This document shows positions 14,886-29,338 of a stretch of 64,000 nucleotides of DNA, in pieces. The position numbers and the translations under genes are program-made. Position 1 is the stretch's first letter. Each line of letters starts with the position of its first letter. The stretch comes from the human T2T-CHM13v2.0 reference genome, Homo sapiens: the NCBI RefSeq assembly GCF_009914755.1, contig NC_060932.1. One strand, 5' to 3'. The notes beneath the pieces are model-generated. The model saw nothing but the letters and a program-made list of their open reading frames with translations, was not told the DNA's origin and did no database searches.

Positions 14886-17800
14886 TGGTTGTTAGAACGT
14901 CCCGTGGTACACAGATACCAGTAATGAGAAGAGGAATGACAGATAGTATAAGAAAAACCCAGACCACAACCTATGGGGGTTCTGAGGAGGTGAATAACAC
15001 AGTAGCTGACATGAAGCTCACTGTCTGCCCAGTACTGCTCGGAGGGCTTCAGATGCACAGACCAGATCAAGCCTCACCACCAGCACGAAAACTGAGGTGC
15101 AGAGAGGTGGAATCACTTCCCCACGGTCACATGTGGATAGTGAAGGGCCTGCCAGGGTTCAAGTGCAGGCGGCCTCACCCAGACCCACAGGCGTACCCAC
15201 CACTCATACGGCTTCTCAAGATCCCAATGCCATCAGTAGGTTTCTGCGGGTGACTCCAACACTCCCCGGACAAGTTAAGAAGTGTTCCATATTTGAGAAT
15301 TTGATCTTTCCTGGTCTCATACTTTCGTCAAGTTTAATATATGTAACCCAAGTGAATGATCAGTTCCTGGGTTCTATCATTCACTATACATACCACCTGC
15401 AGATCTGAGGCATCATGAAGTCACCCTAGAAATGTCTGATTTATGCGGGAGATGCTGCAGGGAAGCGCAGCTTCAGAGAAGGCAGAGCGCCCGCTATTAG
15501 CTGGGAAATACAGGCCAGCCTTGTGTGCTATGGAAATCAGGAACAAGGCTGCTTTGGGGAAAGAAAAAACAACCGCACACAAGAAAAAATCCATGTGATA
15601 GTAGCTATTAACAAGAGGTCCCACTCTGCATCTGTCCAGTGGGGAAATGGCCACTGATACTTTCAGCCATGGCTTCACCTTGGTGCAGCTACCTTTTAAT
15701 ACTAAAGACAATGGGATCAGAGTCCCAGACACACAAACCTAATCAACACATGAATGCGTAGAGAGACAGAAAGAAAGATACATACATATATACATACAGA
15801 TGCAAGTAGCATACTTTTATTCTATGTGAAAAATAGTTACGTGATCATAGCCTATTTTCCTTTTCCTGTTAACTTTTCAAGCACTATATATATATATATA
15901 CACACACATCATAATAGAAAAAATACTTCAAAATGCTAATAATTTTGTCTCTTGATAGCCTTAATAATACAGCGTTTTTAGCAATAAACTTTATGAATCC
16001 ACTGTCTTGAGAAGTGCAGAGAGAGTTATCTTTCATCCATAGCATTTGCAAGTTTCATACGGTATGAATTATGATCCTATCTCCATTTGGTAAACCATTA
16101 GTTACATCTACTGGTTAACACAGAATGTGATTACATATACAATAGATATAAAAATGTAAAGCATTTAATAGCATGATATGTTTACAGGGTTGGATCATAT
16201 TTTTATTAAAGATTATTAAGATCATGATTAAAGAAAACAAAACTCCCTAAAGGTTGAAAAATAATGCTTTTCAAATGTAACACATTTTGAGAGGGTTTTT
16301 GCCTATCAAAAATAAAAATGCTACCCTGAATTACAAAAAGAAGTTTAATCCTCTCTCTGTCAAAGAGTACTTCTATTTCTCTGGGGAATTTGTATAGTCC
16401 ATTAAATTCAGAGGATTTAACTATCATTTTTGTGATTATATATTTATCAAAATGTGAAATATATTTATTAGTTGAAAGAAAAAAAGACACGTTCTCCGGA
16501 TGATTTTGGTATTTTTCATATTTTAAGTTATTTAAAAAAGGAAAGTCAAATCTAGTATTTTAATGACTGTAACAAATGGTCAAAAACCCTCCAGGACTTC
16601 ATACCTTTTCTCCTACACAGTGTGTATTGCTGCTGGCACAAAGAAGTATATAAATGGCTAATATAAAAAGACAAATAATATTATGTTTCTGTAGGTAATG
16701 CTTGTCCACGTAAGAGATCTTGAAACTTTCAAACTAGAAAAAAACTAAAATGAAAAAAAAATCTAAAACCAAAACCTGCTCTTAAAGCATTCCCATATGC
16801 TCTAGATAATAATAGTTAATGAATAATGAAGATAGTGGTGTCTTGAAATGAGACTGGCTCATTGTTCTCCTGAAAAATATTTTAGATGAATTCTCCTATG
16901 ATTTCATGACAAAATGAGTTTATAATGCAACATTTCAATGTTAATAATCTACTTGCATAAATCAAGCAAAAAGCAAGTCAAAGACATGGCAAGCTGAGAT
17001 ATAATCATTTTGTAATTAAAAAAATAACATGAGTCATATGGGCAAATGTTTAATAGACATCAATTTTTCATATTACTGCTACTTCTGCCCCAAGACTTTG
17101 GAAGACTAGGCACAAATATACTCCTTTAGAAGTCTTGTAATTTTACTGATAGTTTTTCTCTATAAAAATAGCCATACTCAGAAAATAAATGGATTTATCT
17201 AAAAAGGAGGATCAACTACACATTGTAATTAATTGTCAAATACATCAATTTAATAGTGGAATAGGTTAGAAATGATCAGTAGTAAGTTGATTAAGTATTA
17301 AGACTATAAAGTTAGATCTATGTTTAGGGCTCAAATTCATTTAGGTCTTTTGAAAGCATTATAGAATTTTAGACACCATGATAAATGACATTGTACTTTC
17401 TATAAAACTGGAATATTTGTATCATTTTAGAAGACTAAACAACTGCTTAGAAGTGTCAGCCCAAAAAGCAATAATAATCTTGTACCTGTCTGGGGGAAAT
17501 ATTATGGCTAGAGATAACTTTAAGTGGGAACAAATAGATTCATTCAATCAGAAAAATAGTTATTAAGCTCCTACTATGGGCTGTACACTTATATAGAGCA
17601 TTGCTATCAGCAGTTTCTACATGGAGGTCTAGGCAATGAAACCAAGTAAACTCTCAGGGTTTCTAGGTCCTCTTTCCTGTAATGAGCTCATGAGGCAGAG
17701 AGAGAACAAGAAAAATGTTTTTCTCCATGGGGAGTGGAGTTAATGCTGAGTGTTAATGCTGAATGGGGAAGGAAGGAAAGAGAAAGCAATTCTTGACACA

Positions 17801-20800
17801 TGAAGCACCAGCATGATTATTCAAGGTAGGAGAGCGAGGACAGAACATTCGCTGGACCTGAAATGAGGAGCGCAGAGCTCAGTTCTAGAAGAAGCACTGG
17901 AGGAAGGACCACCCACAAGAAGCCCCAACCATACCCCTACACATGCCTGGACAGATCCTCCAGGTATATAACTGCTATCCAGAACAGGCCTGTTTTCATT
18001 TATTGTTTATTCCTTCTTTCCAGTCCTATGTCTTCTTTATCCAGGTTCTGTGCTGCTTTCCCCAAACTGCCCCCTCAACACATTACGAAACATTCTACTA
18101 ACAATTTTGAAGTTATAACTAATGACTGAAAGCTCATGGCTAGGATCTGGAAATTCTTACTTATGGACATACTTAGAATCCCTTTGTCCAAAGACAATTA
18201 TTCAAATATAAACTACAATAAATTTTTTTATTCATCTTTGTTTGCTAAATAATTGATACCCAGGCAGGAAAAAAAGATGCCTTAAGAGCAATACCACAAT
18301 GGCCTTTTCAGATGTTTGCCTTTAGGACATGAAATGACCTACACAAATACAAGATGGGAAACTGCTGGCTAGAAACCAACACAGCAAGAGTCACACACTG
18401 TAGGAGGGATCAATGAATCAGCAATTAAACATATCAGCAATCAATGATGCTATTAAGGACCCTATCATAAAACATCCACGTAGAGGCAGAGAATAATTAG
18501 AAAAAATAAGAAATTAATCTGCAATCTCAGGTTCTAGAGCTCTGCCATCCATTGTCATCAACATTCCTTAAGATCATAAATGTCAAAAAAAAAAAGAGCT
18601 AATTTGATTTAAAAGTTGAAAAATAATGACCTTTGAGGAAAGGTTAAAGGAATTGGGGTTATTTGGGCCAGATAAAACACAACTGCAGGATTGACTTAAT
18701 AAATGTCAAATATTTGAAATCAACTGTTCTCCAAGCATTCAGATGGCTGAGGCAGACAAAATAGGCTAAAATTTCCTATTTGGTAAGCAAGAGATTTTGG
18801 TTTAACTTTAATAAGGAACTTCCTGGAAAGAATCTAAATCTCTTACTGCAATTTAACTTAATGTTACAAGGTTAATTAAGCACAAACAGGCTACCAAGGA
18901 AAGTTATGGAATCTTGGCTCTTAGAAAACCACATATCTCAAATGGTTTAGGTTTACTCCTGCCTAGACTTAAGAGACTGGATTAAGTAGGTCCCAGAGTT
19001 TGCTTATAGCATATTATATAACTGATGTTATACCCTTTTTACTTCTTTCATGCATGGGTGAGGCACACATTTGTATGAACTCAAGGGTTGAAGAAAAAGT
19101 ACAAGAACTCCTATATACCAAGTGAATCTTGAGTCTGATTACTTGGCTTAGAAAAGAAAAAGTGTTATTTTTAAATTGGCTCCTTTCCTGAATACTATTA
19201 AGGAGAACTCTAGTTTGGGATAATATTTTATTATAGCAATAAAAGCCCCAAATCGTTAACATACTGAGTCCATTGAACTATATCAATACCACATTCAAAG
19301 TAGTCTGTTTTGTGCAAACAAAGATCTTAAGTAGATCTTAACAATTAACTATAAACAACACCTATTCTTGGCCTTATTAAGAATTTGTCCAAAAAGAAAA
19401 AAACCCAACCAACCCGCATATTTATTGTATTTGGTCAAAACTAAGAACAAAAAAACCAGCCCATTTCTTCACAGTATTAAAGTGGTTTAACGCATTGTTC
19501 TTGGGTTCTGCGATATTCAAAAAAGGATAATTTGTGAAAAAAAAAACAGGCTATAATTGCTAAACATTTGATGAATTGTGGCATAATGCTAAATAATTGT
19601 TCTTCATCATTTTTCTTCTGTTAAAGTGGCAAAATTATTTTTTATGGCTTATTTTCCTCTTTGTTTAAAGAAAGAAACAAGCTGCGGTGACATCCATTCC
19701 ATTTTAAACAAACACTTGTATTATTCCACCATTAAATGGGCTGACATCATAAGCTCCTCCGTGTTCTGAAAGATGCTTAGCTCTAGTCCATGGTTACATA
19801 CTTTATGCATTACATGAAATAAAATACCTCAAGATTTGGAAAATATTTATTTTAAAAACAGCAATCAAATTGTCTGTAATCACATTTTCTGCTTGGCTTT
19901 GAAAGCTGCATTATTCAATATGCCAGTGGTCTTTTCCATAATGGCAACATATTGGAAATTCATGCTGCTCTAATACATCTGAATTCCTTGATGTGCGGCA
20001 CTCCCTATAGGCCTGAAGGAACACTTCTGCTTCAGTTTCATGAGTCCTGTATAGCACCTATGAAAGCGATGGTTGTCAAAACAGTTGTACAGTGGCCTTT
20101 GAATGCAAAGTGTACCATGACTGAATGCTAAAAATGACAATAAATCTGAGTATATACATTAGGCTTGCTTTTGTTCGCTGGAAAAAGAAGGCATTTGGGA
20201 AATAAACCCCCCAATTTTATTGCCTTTTAACATCTTTTTTCCATTTCAAACTCCAGAACTGGAAATTTGACACATTCAAAGAAATTGAAATCGCCTTTGT
20301 TGCTTTCCTCATTGTAAATTTTCTATAATGCGTCATTAGGAAGCACACTCTACAAAAAGCCCAGGTTCTAAACGAATCCTTTCTTTGAGGCCATTCTAAA
20401 ACTTTGCACGGTTTTTCTTTGTATGAAAGAGCTTCTGTTGACTGCACAAAGAACAAGCAATCACCACATATAGGCCAGGCTGAGAGTCTGGGATGACTTT
20501 ATACAAGGTTGCATTTTCCCGTTCACCAATCCATGATTAAGTGCAGCGGTGAATATACCAAAGTGGGGAGAAACAGAAGAGAGGCTCTTGATTTCAGTTT
20601 GGAGAAATCAAAGGATTTTTCTTCAGCCATGAATACTTAATATGGGCATTTTCTTATTCTACCTTTCTGCTAAAATAGTTCCGTAGTTTCCTTTTAACAA
20701 CATGAAAACACTATCCATCCACACAAAGCAATATCACTTTTTTTTAATGGCAGGATTACATTTTCCAGTCAAAAGAAATTATCTATCCAGTAGGTTCTTA

Positions 20801-21719
20801 TAACGGATTAAACTTTGAAGGGGGGTGGGGGGTGCAGTTAAAACACTGAGACAGCCAAAGCCATGGCAAGAAAAATTACTAAGTAACTAAAATGACAAAC
20901 CCGGTGAGTCTCAAAGTCTAGATCAAAGTTGTGTGGTTGACAGAAAACAAATTACAGGAAAATGCTAGTCCTGAGAAGGATCATGGAGATCAACTAGTCT
21001 TGGGGCTTTCCATCTTCTTGGGGGCAGAACATTTGTTCAAGGGAACTTTTATAAGAAATGCAAAGAAAAATAAAAGCAACACTGTTTCCTCTAACTCCTG
21101 CACCCCACCCCTGACACCACTCCCAACAAGCTCAGTGTGGATCCAGTCTTCTATAGATCTACTCCAGCCCTGCTGGTAAGAGGGTTCAGTGACTTGCCCA
21201 TGACTGACAAGCTTATCCATGGCTCTCATTTCAATGCTTTTCTAACCAGACTCTATCTCTGAGAAGTGCACACAAATCAATTACTCACTATCAAAATAAC
21301 TCAGAGGAATGTTGAGAAAAATGGAACTCTTGCATATTGGGTCATGAATGACTGTTTAACTTGGACCTAGAGAATCAGAACTAATTGGCACTTATTTGAC
21401 AGTTACATACTTATAGAAATTCTACCCTGTTTTATAGCCTGTCTTAGAAAAGAGGGACTTCAGGAAAATGGAATCCTTTTCAAAGTGCCAGAAATTTAAC
21501 TAGTTGCAGGAATCCCTACTAACAATAAAATGGCACAGACAAGAAAATGCAAAAAAGTGGTGGGAAATTTGGGAAAAACTTTCACTCTATGTATGCTGCA
21601 CCCCAATATGTCTATGATAAATTCCAGAAGGCAATACAGATATCTACCTTGGATACCTTTTTATCAGAAAGAGGTTCCCATTGAATATATCTAGCCAGAC
21701 ATTACAGATATTAGCTACT

Positions 21720-22250
21720 TTAATACTTACAACATGATGAGATTAAACAAGTGAAACTGAGGCACAAAAAGTTACTCACGGTCACACAGCTGGTAAGCAG
21801 AAGTGCCAGGATTTGAACTGACGCACTCTGGCCCAAAGACATCAATTTGAATCACAATGATAAATAAAGACACCCAGTAAAGGGTAAATACTCCTTTGGT
21901 TAATAGTAGGCTTATTGCAGTCTTTTTTGACAGATGTGAAGATTCAGGATGAAAGTATAAATAACTCTTTTGGAAAGTCTTCCTTCCCATGCATTTTAAC
22001 TTCTCCAAAAGAGTCATACAGGCTTGCTTTTCTCATTTTATTTAACCAACACTTATATAATGCTTCCTATGTGCCAGCTACTGGTCTGCGTAATCTTAAA
22101 TATTTCCTGAACCCCGTGAGGTAAGGCCTAGAATTATCATCCCCATTTTCCTGATAAGGAAGCTGGAGTAATTACTGACTAAGCCATTAAGTCACTTAAC
22201 CACTTTGAACTTTCATTTTCCATTTGTAAAATTGGGATACTAGTTCCTCA
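21720..22250. mobile_element. Cluster of MIR fragments
   Basis: GAAACTGAGGCACA...GTCACACAGCTGGTAAG...GGATTTGAAC; CCCCATTTTCCTGATAAGGAAGCTG; AAGTCACTTAACC...CATTTGTAAAATTGGGAT. Confidence 0.6.
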
Positions 22251-24094
22251 TTCAGACACTGATTTTTAATTATGGACTAAATTGTTGATGTCTAATATAT
22301 TAGGCATTTGTAGGAAATGCTTATAAATGGTGAAACTGTATCACTTATGTTGCCAGTGGAGATAAGAAACAGAGGCAGATACAAGAGAATATATCTAAAA
22401 ACAAAATTTCAGTAAATGACATACATTATAATAATTGATATATAAGTAACACATCTATAATATCTCATAATTCATATATAAAACATCACAATAACATCTA
22501 AAATCTATACAGTATCTAAATATATACAATAAATAATATAAAAGAACTTAAGTATTTTTCACTTCCTTGATCCATTCGAATACTAAAATGTCATCATGTG
22601 AAAATACTAATACAAAGATACAATCACAATACTAACAGCAAAAGGCTCAGCTTTGATCACATTCAAGAGCTTTTAGAAAATATAATTAGAGAAAGTTGAT
22701 CCTACACATAAATTTTCCCAGGATGGCTTCTACTCATAGGATTTTTAAATTCACAGCAAAATCAATATTTAGAATCTACAACTGTTAGCTTTTATTAGTT
22801 GTTCTCATATTGTAGGTGACCTTGAAAGAAAATCTTGGAAGGGGCACTGTCATTTCGAGGTGGGCAACATTTAAACTCTCATATCTGTAGACATTATTTT
22901 CCTGTCTAATGGGCACTGATGACGTAAACTGTCCCTACACATAAACATATTTCAACAATTGGCAAACCAGTCCGTAGCTCAGTTGTTAAATTTTGTGATC
23001 ATATTAGCCATGAGCAAACTTGCTAGCAAAGAGTTTTAGTAAGTTTTTACAAGGAAGTGTGATGAGCAAATTTAATATTCAAAGTTTCTTTCAAAGAAAC
23101 TAATTCCTTCATGCTTTTAAAATGTAAAATATGAAAAGACAAAATGTTGTTCATCTTTAGATCCATACATATTTGTGGATGCAAAAATGGCTTAATGGCA
23201 CACCACACTGCTCTAGTTCCTCGGCACCTCTTACCTACATTGGGATAACGGGCGCCAGCGGCTTTCCATAACCCCAGCCTCTTACCGCTGCTATCTACAC
23301 AGGGTCCTATTGCCAGAAGGATTTTCCTACAACACTGCTTTCGTAATACTTTTGCCCTTGAGTAAAAACCACCAGCGATTGCTTCTAACCTGTCCTAACA
23401 TGCCCAAGTTCTTTAGGTGGTTGTTGAAGGTTTTGGTCAAATCTCTCATTTCAAAATACCCAATCTGATTTTTGAACACTCTCCAACATGCCTTTTCTTT
23501 CCTCTTGGTTTATCCAAATCAAAACCCTCCTTCAAGCCGTGACGGCTGTCCTACCTTTTCTACTAAGTTTTATACCCAAACCAGAGTATAAAACTCTTTC
23601 AACTAAGAGTTCCTACTGAGTTCATGGCCAGTACATCTGAGTTGGGCACTCTCTTGGTCTCTAATTGCCCCATGTTTCTAATTGTTTCATAACTGTTTAT
23701 GTTTTCACTGTCCAGAAGGACAGTAGCTAGGTCTTATCAATCATTTGAGCCTTTTCAAACATTGAGACCATGGTAAGCATTCAAAATATATACACTGAGG
23801 AATGGCATTCTAGTCGTGTGGGAGCTCAAAACAAGAACTGAAGAGGCTCTTTGTTTCTCACAGGAATTAGTAGACAAAAGATAGCTCCTGATTCTTCCAA
23901 CTTTATTAGATTTCTATTGCAACTTTATAGTGTATCAGACTCTGGCTTCTGGAATCCAGCCAGAGATCCCCAAGCCTTGAGAAACAGAAACAACAAATTT
24001 AATCTCCAAATCTTCTTTCTCTGAGACCATGCTGGCCTGGAAAAATTGGGCTTAATATAGACTTAATGCTAGAATCAACATCATTAACGAGACC

Positions 24095-24284
24095 TATACT
24101 CTCTAACACAGTAGCTGCTGGGTGAATGCGGCTACTTAACTGTAAAGTAATTAAAATAAAATAAAATGAAAAATTGGTCCCTCAGTCCCACTAGCCACAT
24201 TTAATAGCCAGTGACTACTGCTGTTGGACAGCACAGATTATAGAAGAGCTCCATCGTCACACCACATTCCACTGGGAAGTGCTG
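24095..24284. mobile_element. MER3-like hAT MITE
   Basis: TAATTAAAATAAAATAAAATGAAAAATT...CTCAGTCCCACTAGCCACATTT...TTGGACAGCACAGAT...CATCGTCAC. Confidence 0.6.
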
Positions 24285-26555
24285 AACCTTACCCACTGTC
24301 TCACCAACACGGGCATTTGCTGGAGTCGCTTTTTGCTTGCAGCATTAAAGGCTAGGACCAGTGCTGTGAGGAGGCACAGGAGACGTGCAGCTCCAGAATG
24401 TAGCTTGAGGGGTACTGGGAAGGCTTGCCACCCTATGAAAATCCCAAACAGGCTCATCTTCAAGAACTAGAATAGCAAATCAGAGCTTCATTCCTTTATC
24501 TTAGGCCAAATAGTAGATTTGTTTCCCCTATACCCTGCAAAGTGTTGAAAGTTCCTAGGGAAACATCATGTTGAGGCAAAATTATCAAAGTCCAGTTTTT
24601 GACAGTAGGTTGGTGGGCAGAGAGCATAAGGAAATTTTATGAACAGAAGGAAGCTCCTGATAGGGAAAGAGGAAGGGACAGTGGGAATGGACATGAAAAT
24701 GGCCTATCTTGTGGCTGTGACTGAGTCCAGTCCCAAATGTGCCATTTGAGGATGGCATGACTGCCATGGGCAGCAAATCTGGAAAAAATCTCTGAGCCAC
24801 AGTTACTGACATTGCATAAGCATTTGTTTAAGAGTGACGTCTCTTAAAGGTGTATTGAGATGGATGTAGAAATGCTAAGGAGGGTAAATTTGTTACTAGA
24901 AAGGAGGTAAATTTTATAAAGGAAAAAGACTTGAACTATATAATTGAATATCTCATTATCCTTCCTATGGCCCCAATCTCACTCCTACCATGGGGAATAA
25001 GCCTAGAGAACAAAACTGGCATTTTCCATGCATACTGAACGCCCCCTTCTTCTCCTCTCTAGGGAACAGGGGTCCCTACAGAGGCATGACCTGAATGCCT
25101 TCTTTGGCTCATGAATTGGGTCTGAAGGCTTAGTCCCAAAGAGAAGTAGGCAGGTGATTTTTCAAGGTGACTACACTGAAATACATTTTTCAGCTTTACA
25201 CATTTAGCACGTTAAAAAAAATCCATTTTCTATTTATGGAGTCATACTTAATACTCATAAGCTAAATCTATACAAGTGGAATATAATCTAAAAACCTGAG
25301 TGATGGTGCTGCCAATGAGTTCTCCCCTCTTGGCTGCCCAGATGGCTGCCAGATTTTAGGAAAATTCTATACACCATTGTGTATTAGGCAGTAGGCTCTG
25401 GGTTTCATTCTCTAAAGAAACTACTTTGGAGTTTCTTTTGACTCTACTTTTATTCCACCCTTATGTTCATGATTAACAGAAAAGTCATCCTGCAAAATCA
25501 CTCAAGTTAGAGATATATCCCCCAATGATTTAGATAAGTGATAATATGAAATGTGTTTTTTAATATTGGCAAGTTAATTAATTTATTCATTGTGAAAATG
25601 ACAGTACTGTTCGATGACTTATGAAAATGACAAGAGAGTTAGTTGGACTGTTAAGTGAGTGAACAATGAAAACCAAAAAGTGCTAATTAAAAGCCACTGT
25701 AAACCTGGGAGGAGGGTTTTATGACATGGTCTAAAGCTCTCTCCTTGGCCATCTACTACTGATTTTTTTTTCCACTATTGGGGTATAGACAGAGAAATTA
25801 TTAAGTTTCAGATGACATAAAAATCAGAAGGAAAGATTTTATAATAAGCCAGTGTTTCTCAAGTATGGGATGCTTGTAAAATATACAAACCACTGGACTC
25901 CCTGGGTAGAGCCTGAGAATTTGATTTTTTGCTAGTTTGCTGGTTGATACACATTCTTATTAAATTTGAAAAATTAATGGGAATTCATAGTGTTGTCATT
26001 ATAAATTGTTAGACAACAGGTCCAGTAGACTGCAATACTTTAATGGAGATAAATTTTGATCACCAGAATTATACCTCCAAAATAAAACTGAAAAATTTTT
26101 TCTTACCTTCCTATGGTATACATTTGTGGAAATTGAGAGCCGAAAATAGGAAGGAAAATCAAGGTTAACAGCAGCTGCAGTTCAGAAGATGTGGGGATCT
26201 CCCTTTTGGGGAGGAATCCTCCACTGGATGAGAGGTGGCATCTTTCAAGATGACTTTTTCTCTGAAAGCTGGTAAGCCGGTTTGACTCTATGACAGCACA
26301 TTCAGTGTCAAACAATATTTAGTACTTTGGGTCATAAATACGAGTGACTGCACAAGTAATTAATTGATTTTACCTTGACTTAAATATAAAATAGAACATT
26401 GCTTTAGAAATGTGTATGATTTATAAATAACTGTCTCCACAGCTAGAAACAGTTTCAGAATGCTATTATCACAATGCCAGGCCCTCGCATGAACTTGGTC
26501 CTTGTCCTTATGGTATCCCTCAGCCCCCACCACAAACAGGTAAGCAGATTCTTAC

Positions 26556-26798
26556 CACAGAAATGGAATTAGAAAGCAGTGTTCCATCCTGGCCCAGCAT
26601 ATTGGAGACTGTGATTTCAGGGAGGTCCATGTTTTGTGGATGAAATGGTAGCAGGCCATTATGGTTCATGGGGTGACACAGAGAATGGTAACCAGACTCA
26701 ACTTCATTCAGGTGCACCAGCGAGTGGTCTGGGAGGGAAGGAGGAGTAATTGGTGGAATGTTGAAGTCTTCACTTTCCAGGCTTGGACCAGGGTAGGA
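26556..26798 (-). CDS. TOX: Internal coding exon (exon 3, 243 nt, 81 codons) of thymocyte selection-associated HMG box protein TOX
   Basis: Minus-strand translation SYPGPSLESEDFNIPPITPPSLPDHSLVHLNEVESGYHSLCHPMNHNGLLPFHPQNMDLPEITVSNMLGQDGTLLSNSISV matches the recalled TOX N-terminal region (the EDFNIPPITPP motif is typical of the TOX family). Acceptor is tgtcttttcacAG|TCC at 26799/26798 and donor is GTG|GTaaga at 26556/26555. Phase is 0 at both ends. Confidence 0.95.
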
Positions 26799-28544
26799 CT
26801 GTGAAAAGACAAAAGTGACATTGTTGCAAATTATCATCTTCTTGCTCTTCATCATCATATCAAACACACTTGACCCTTTAGATATTATTACAAGCAGCAT
26901 ATGGATTTGGCAAAGACATTTCAAACCTTCAGATTATCCTGCTGCCATTTCATCATTATGCATGAAAGAAAATTGCCTCAAAGGCAGATCCACTTCTCGT
27001 ATAAAGACCACTTCCATTAGGTGGTTTTATTTTTCCAAAAAGCTGAACTCAAACAGATTTCAAAGTTCCCATTAAAATTTTCCAGAGTTTTAATCTAGCT
27101 GAATACCTCTTTCATGGGAATTGTATGGAAGGAAGGCAATTTATAAAATTAACGTTTGATCAAACATGTTTCACGGGGCTCCCTACTGCTCAGATCATGG
27201 GATGTAATAAAAACGAATTCCAGAAGTTCTGGGCAATTGCTTTTGGGTTTTGAAAGGCTACCTGCTCACAATTGACAAAAGAAAATGTCGTAGAAAAGAA
27301 GCGACTTAAACATGCTGCATAAAAGTGTAGTTCCACTGAAAGTGTGATATATGAAGAAAATGCCATTAAGAGCTATTTTTATCGCAAAGATCTTATCATC
27401 AAAATCAAAGTGAAGATTACTTTTATGATTTCCAATAAGATTTACTTGATTTCCTCCTAAGAGCTGACAAATAATATTGCAAATATTTAAATTCAGTTCT
27501 GTCCATTTTGAAAGACAAAATAGTACTAATATTATTATAATACTAATTCTGGAATAAAAGCCAGCAGTAAAATAAATAGCATTAACATATGTGGGTTTTT
27601 TTTTTTCTTTTACAAACTAGCATTAGATAAAATAGAAAGGAAGGGAGGGGAACAGGAAGGAAAGATTATGTGAGGACATGCCTGTTTGAAATGGAATGTG
27701 GTAAATGTTGAAAAATACATGGAAGAAATAAAAAATCAAACATCGTTACCAATTAATATTAAATACACAGTGATATATAGCAGTCCTTCATAGAACAGGT
27801 GTCACAGTATGAAAGGAAACGTTTCGGTCCAGATAATTCTCGCAAGCTTATCTTTCAAATTAAGAGTGAGCCTTCATAGTGTTTGGGTGTATGGGTGACA
27901 AGGATTCCCTTGTCTAACAGCCCAGTGCCTGCTCAAGTGTGCAAGATTTGAAATGAGCAGGCAAGGGTGGGAGCCAAATAAAGTAGTGTAAGGTATTCAT
28001 ATGGTGTCCAGCCAATAAGCGTCATGCTCCTGTGTCCAAGCGCCTGGGGTTATTTTTTCCAGATGGCGTCTATTTGTCTAACAGAAAGAAAATCTTCAAG
28101 TTCCACTTTCTAAATGTTGTACAAGTTTTGATATATTTGTTTAGGTGCCATCAGAAGACAAGACTAAATGAAGAGCTACTTGGAACATCTGGAATTTAGA
28201 CCTGGTCATAGAGCAGCACATGTAGGTTAGAGACAGGGGGTGTATGAAGGGAAAAATTTGACTGTTATATGCAGATAATTTTTCTTAAATATCTAAAGTT
28301 CTGCTAAAAAAATCACCAGCTCTAGAAGTTCAATCACTTGTTACCAAATTCTCCTGTTAACAATATGTATCCCATGTGAAAAATATGTATGTGCTGTGTC
28401 AAAATTACAAGTTTGATGAAATTCTCACTCGTCTGATATACTTTAGACCCTTACAGATCTAAGCCATTGGTTCCTTGTACAAGTATGCATATAAGCATAA
28501 AAGATGCCTAATGGGGAGGTGGGAGAGATGTCTATTTCATATTA

Positions 28545-28700
28545 AAGCACTGTACCAAGGTCTTTGACTATGTTGCCTCCATTTAACCATTATAGTAATC
28601 CATTGTGTAGCTATTATTACCCCCAGTTTCCTGAAGAGAAAATTGAGACTCAGAAATTAAATAACTTGTCCAAGTTCACTCAGCTTGGAAAAGATCAACT
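28545..28700 (-). mobile_element. MIR remnant
   Basis: TATTATTACCCCAGTTT...AAATTGAGACTCAGAAATTAAATAACTTGTCCAAG. Confidence 0.55.
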
Positions 28701-29001
28701 CAATACACATGAGGGATAAATATATCATAAAAGATGGCATTTTTATTGCTATGCTATTTATAAAGTAGTTTAATTGCTACTATCTTATTAGGTTGAATGA
28801 TACAAAATTGCCAACACCCAACTGTTTCCAATAAACAAAATTTCATAATTTAAGTAATAGTATTAGCATTAATATCAGGCCTTTCCTTTCCCAAATTCCA
28901 CCCCGTTGCCCACCCACTGAAATTATATGAACATAGATTTCATAATTTGTCTGTCAACACTGCAAATGCTGAATTGTTGACATCTATCTTTTAAGAAGTT
29001 A

Positions 29002-29338
<337 letters not shown>

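Noticed and set aside
11500-15940. Cluster of overlapping short ORFs in a slightly GC-richer zone
   Set aside because: No recognisable domains, present on both strands, often with non-ATG starts and partly within MIR remnants. Consistent with chance.
26520-26924. 134-aa ORF as a standalone gene
   Set aside because: Only 26556-26798 is bounded by splice sites and matches TOX. The flanking residues are read-through into introns.
28050-28075. CCAGATGGCGTC as a CTCF or YY1 site
   Set aside because: Only the core matches. The 5' half needed for CTCF is a T-run, so it cannot be supported without ChIP data.
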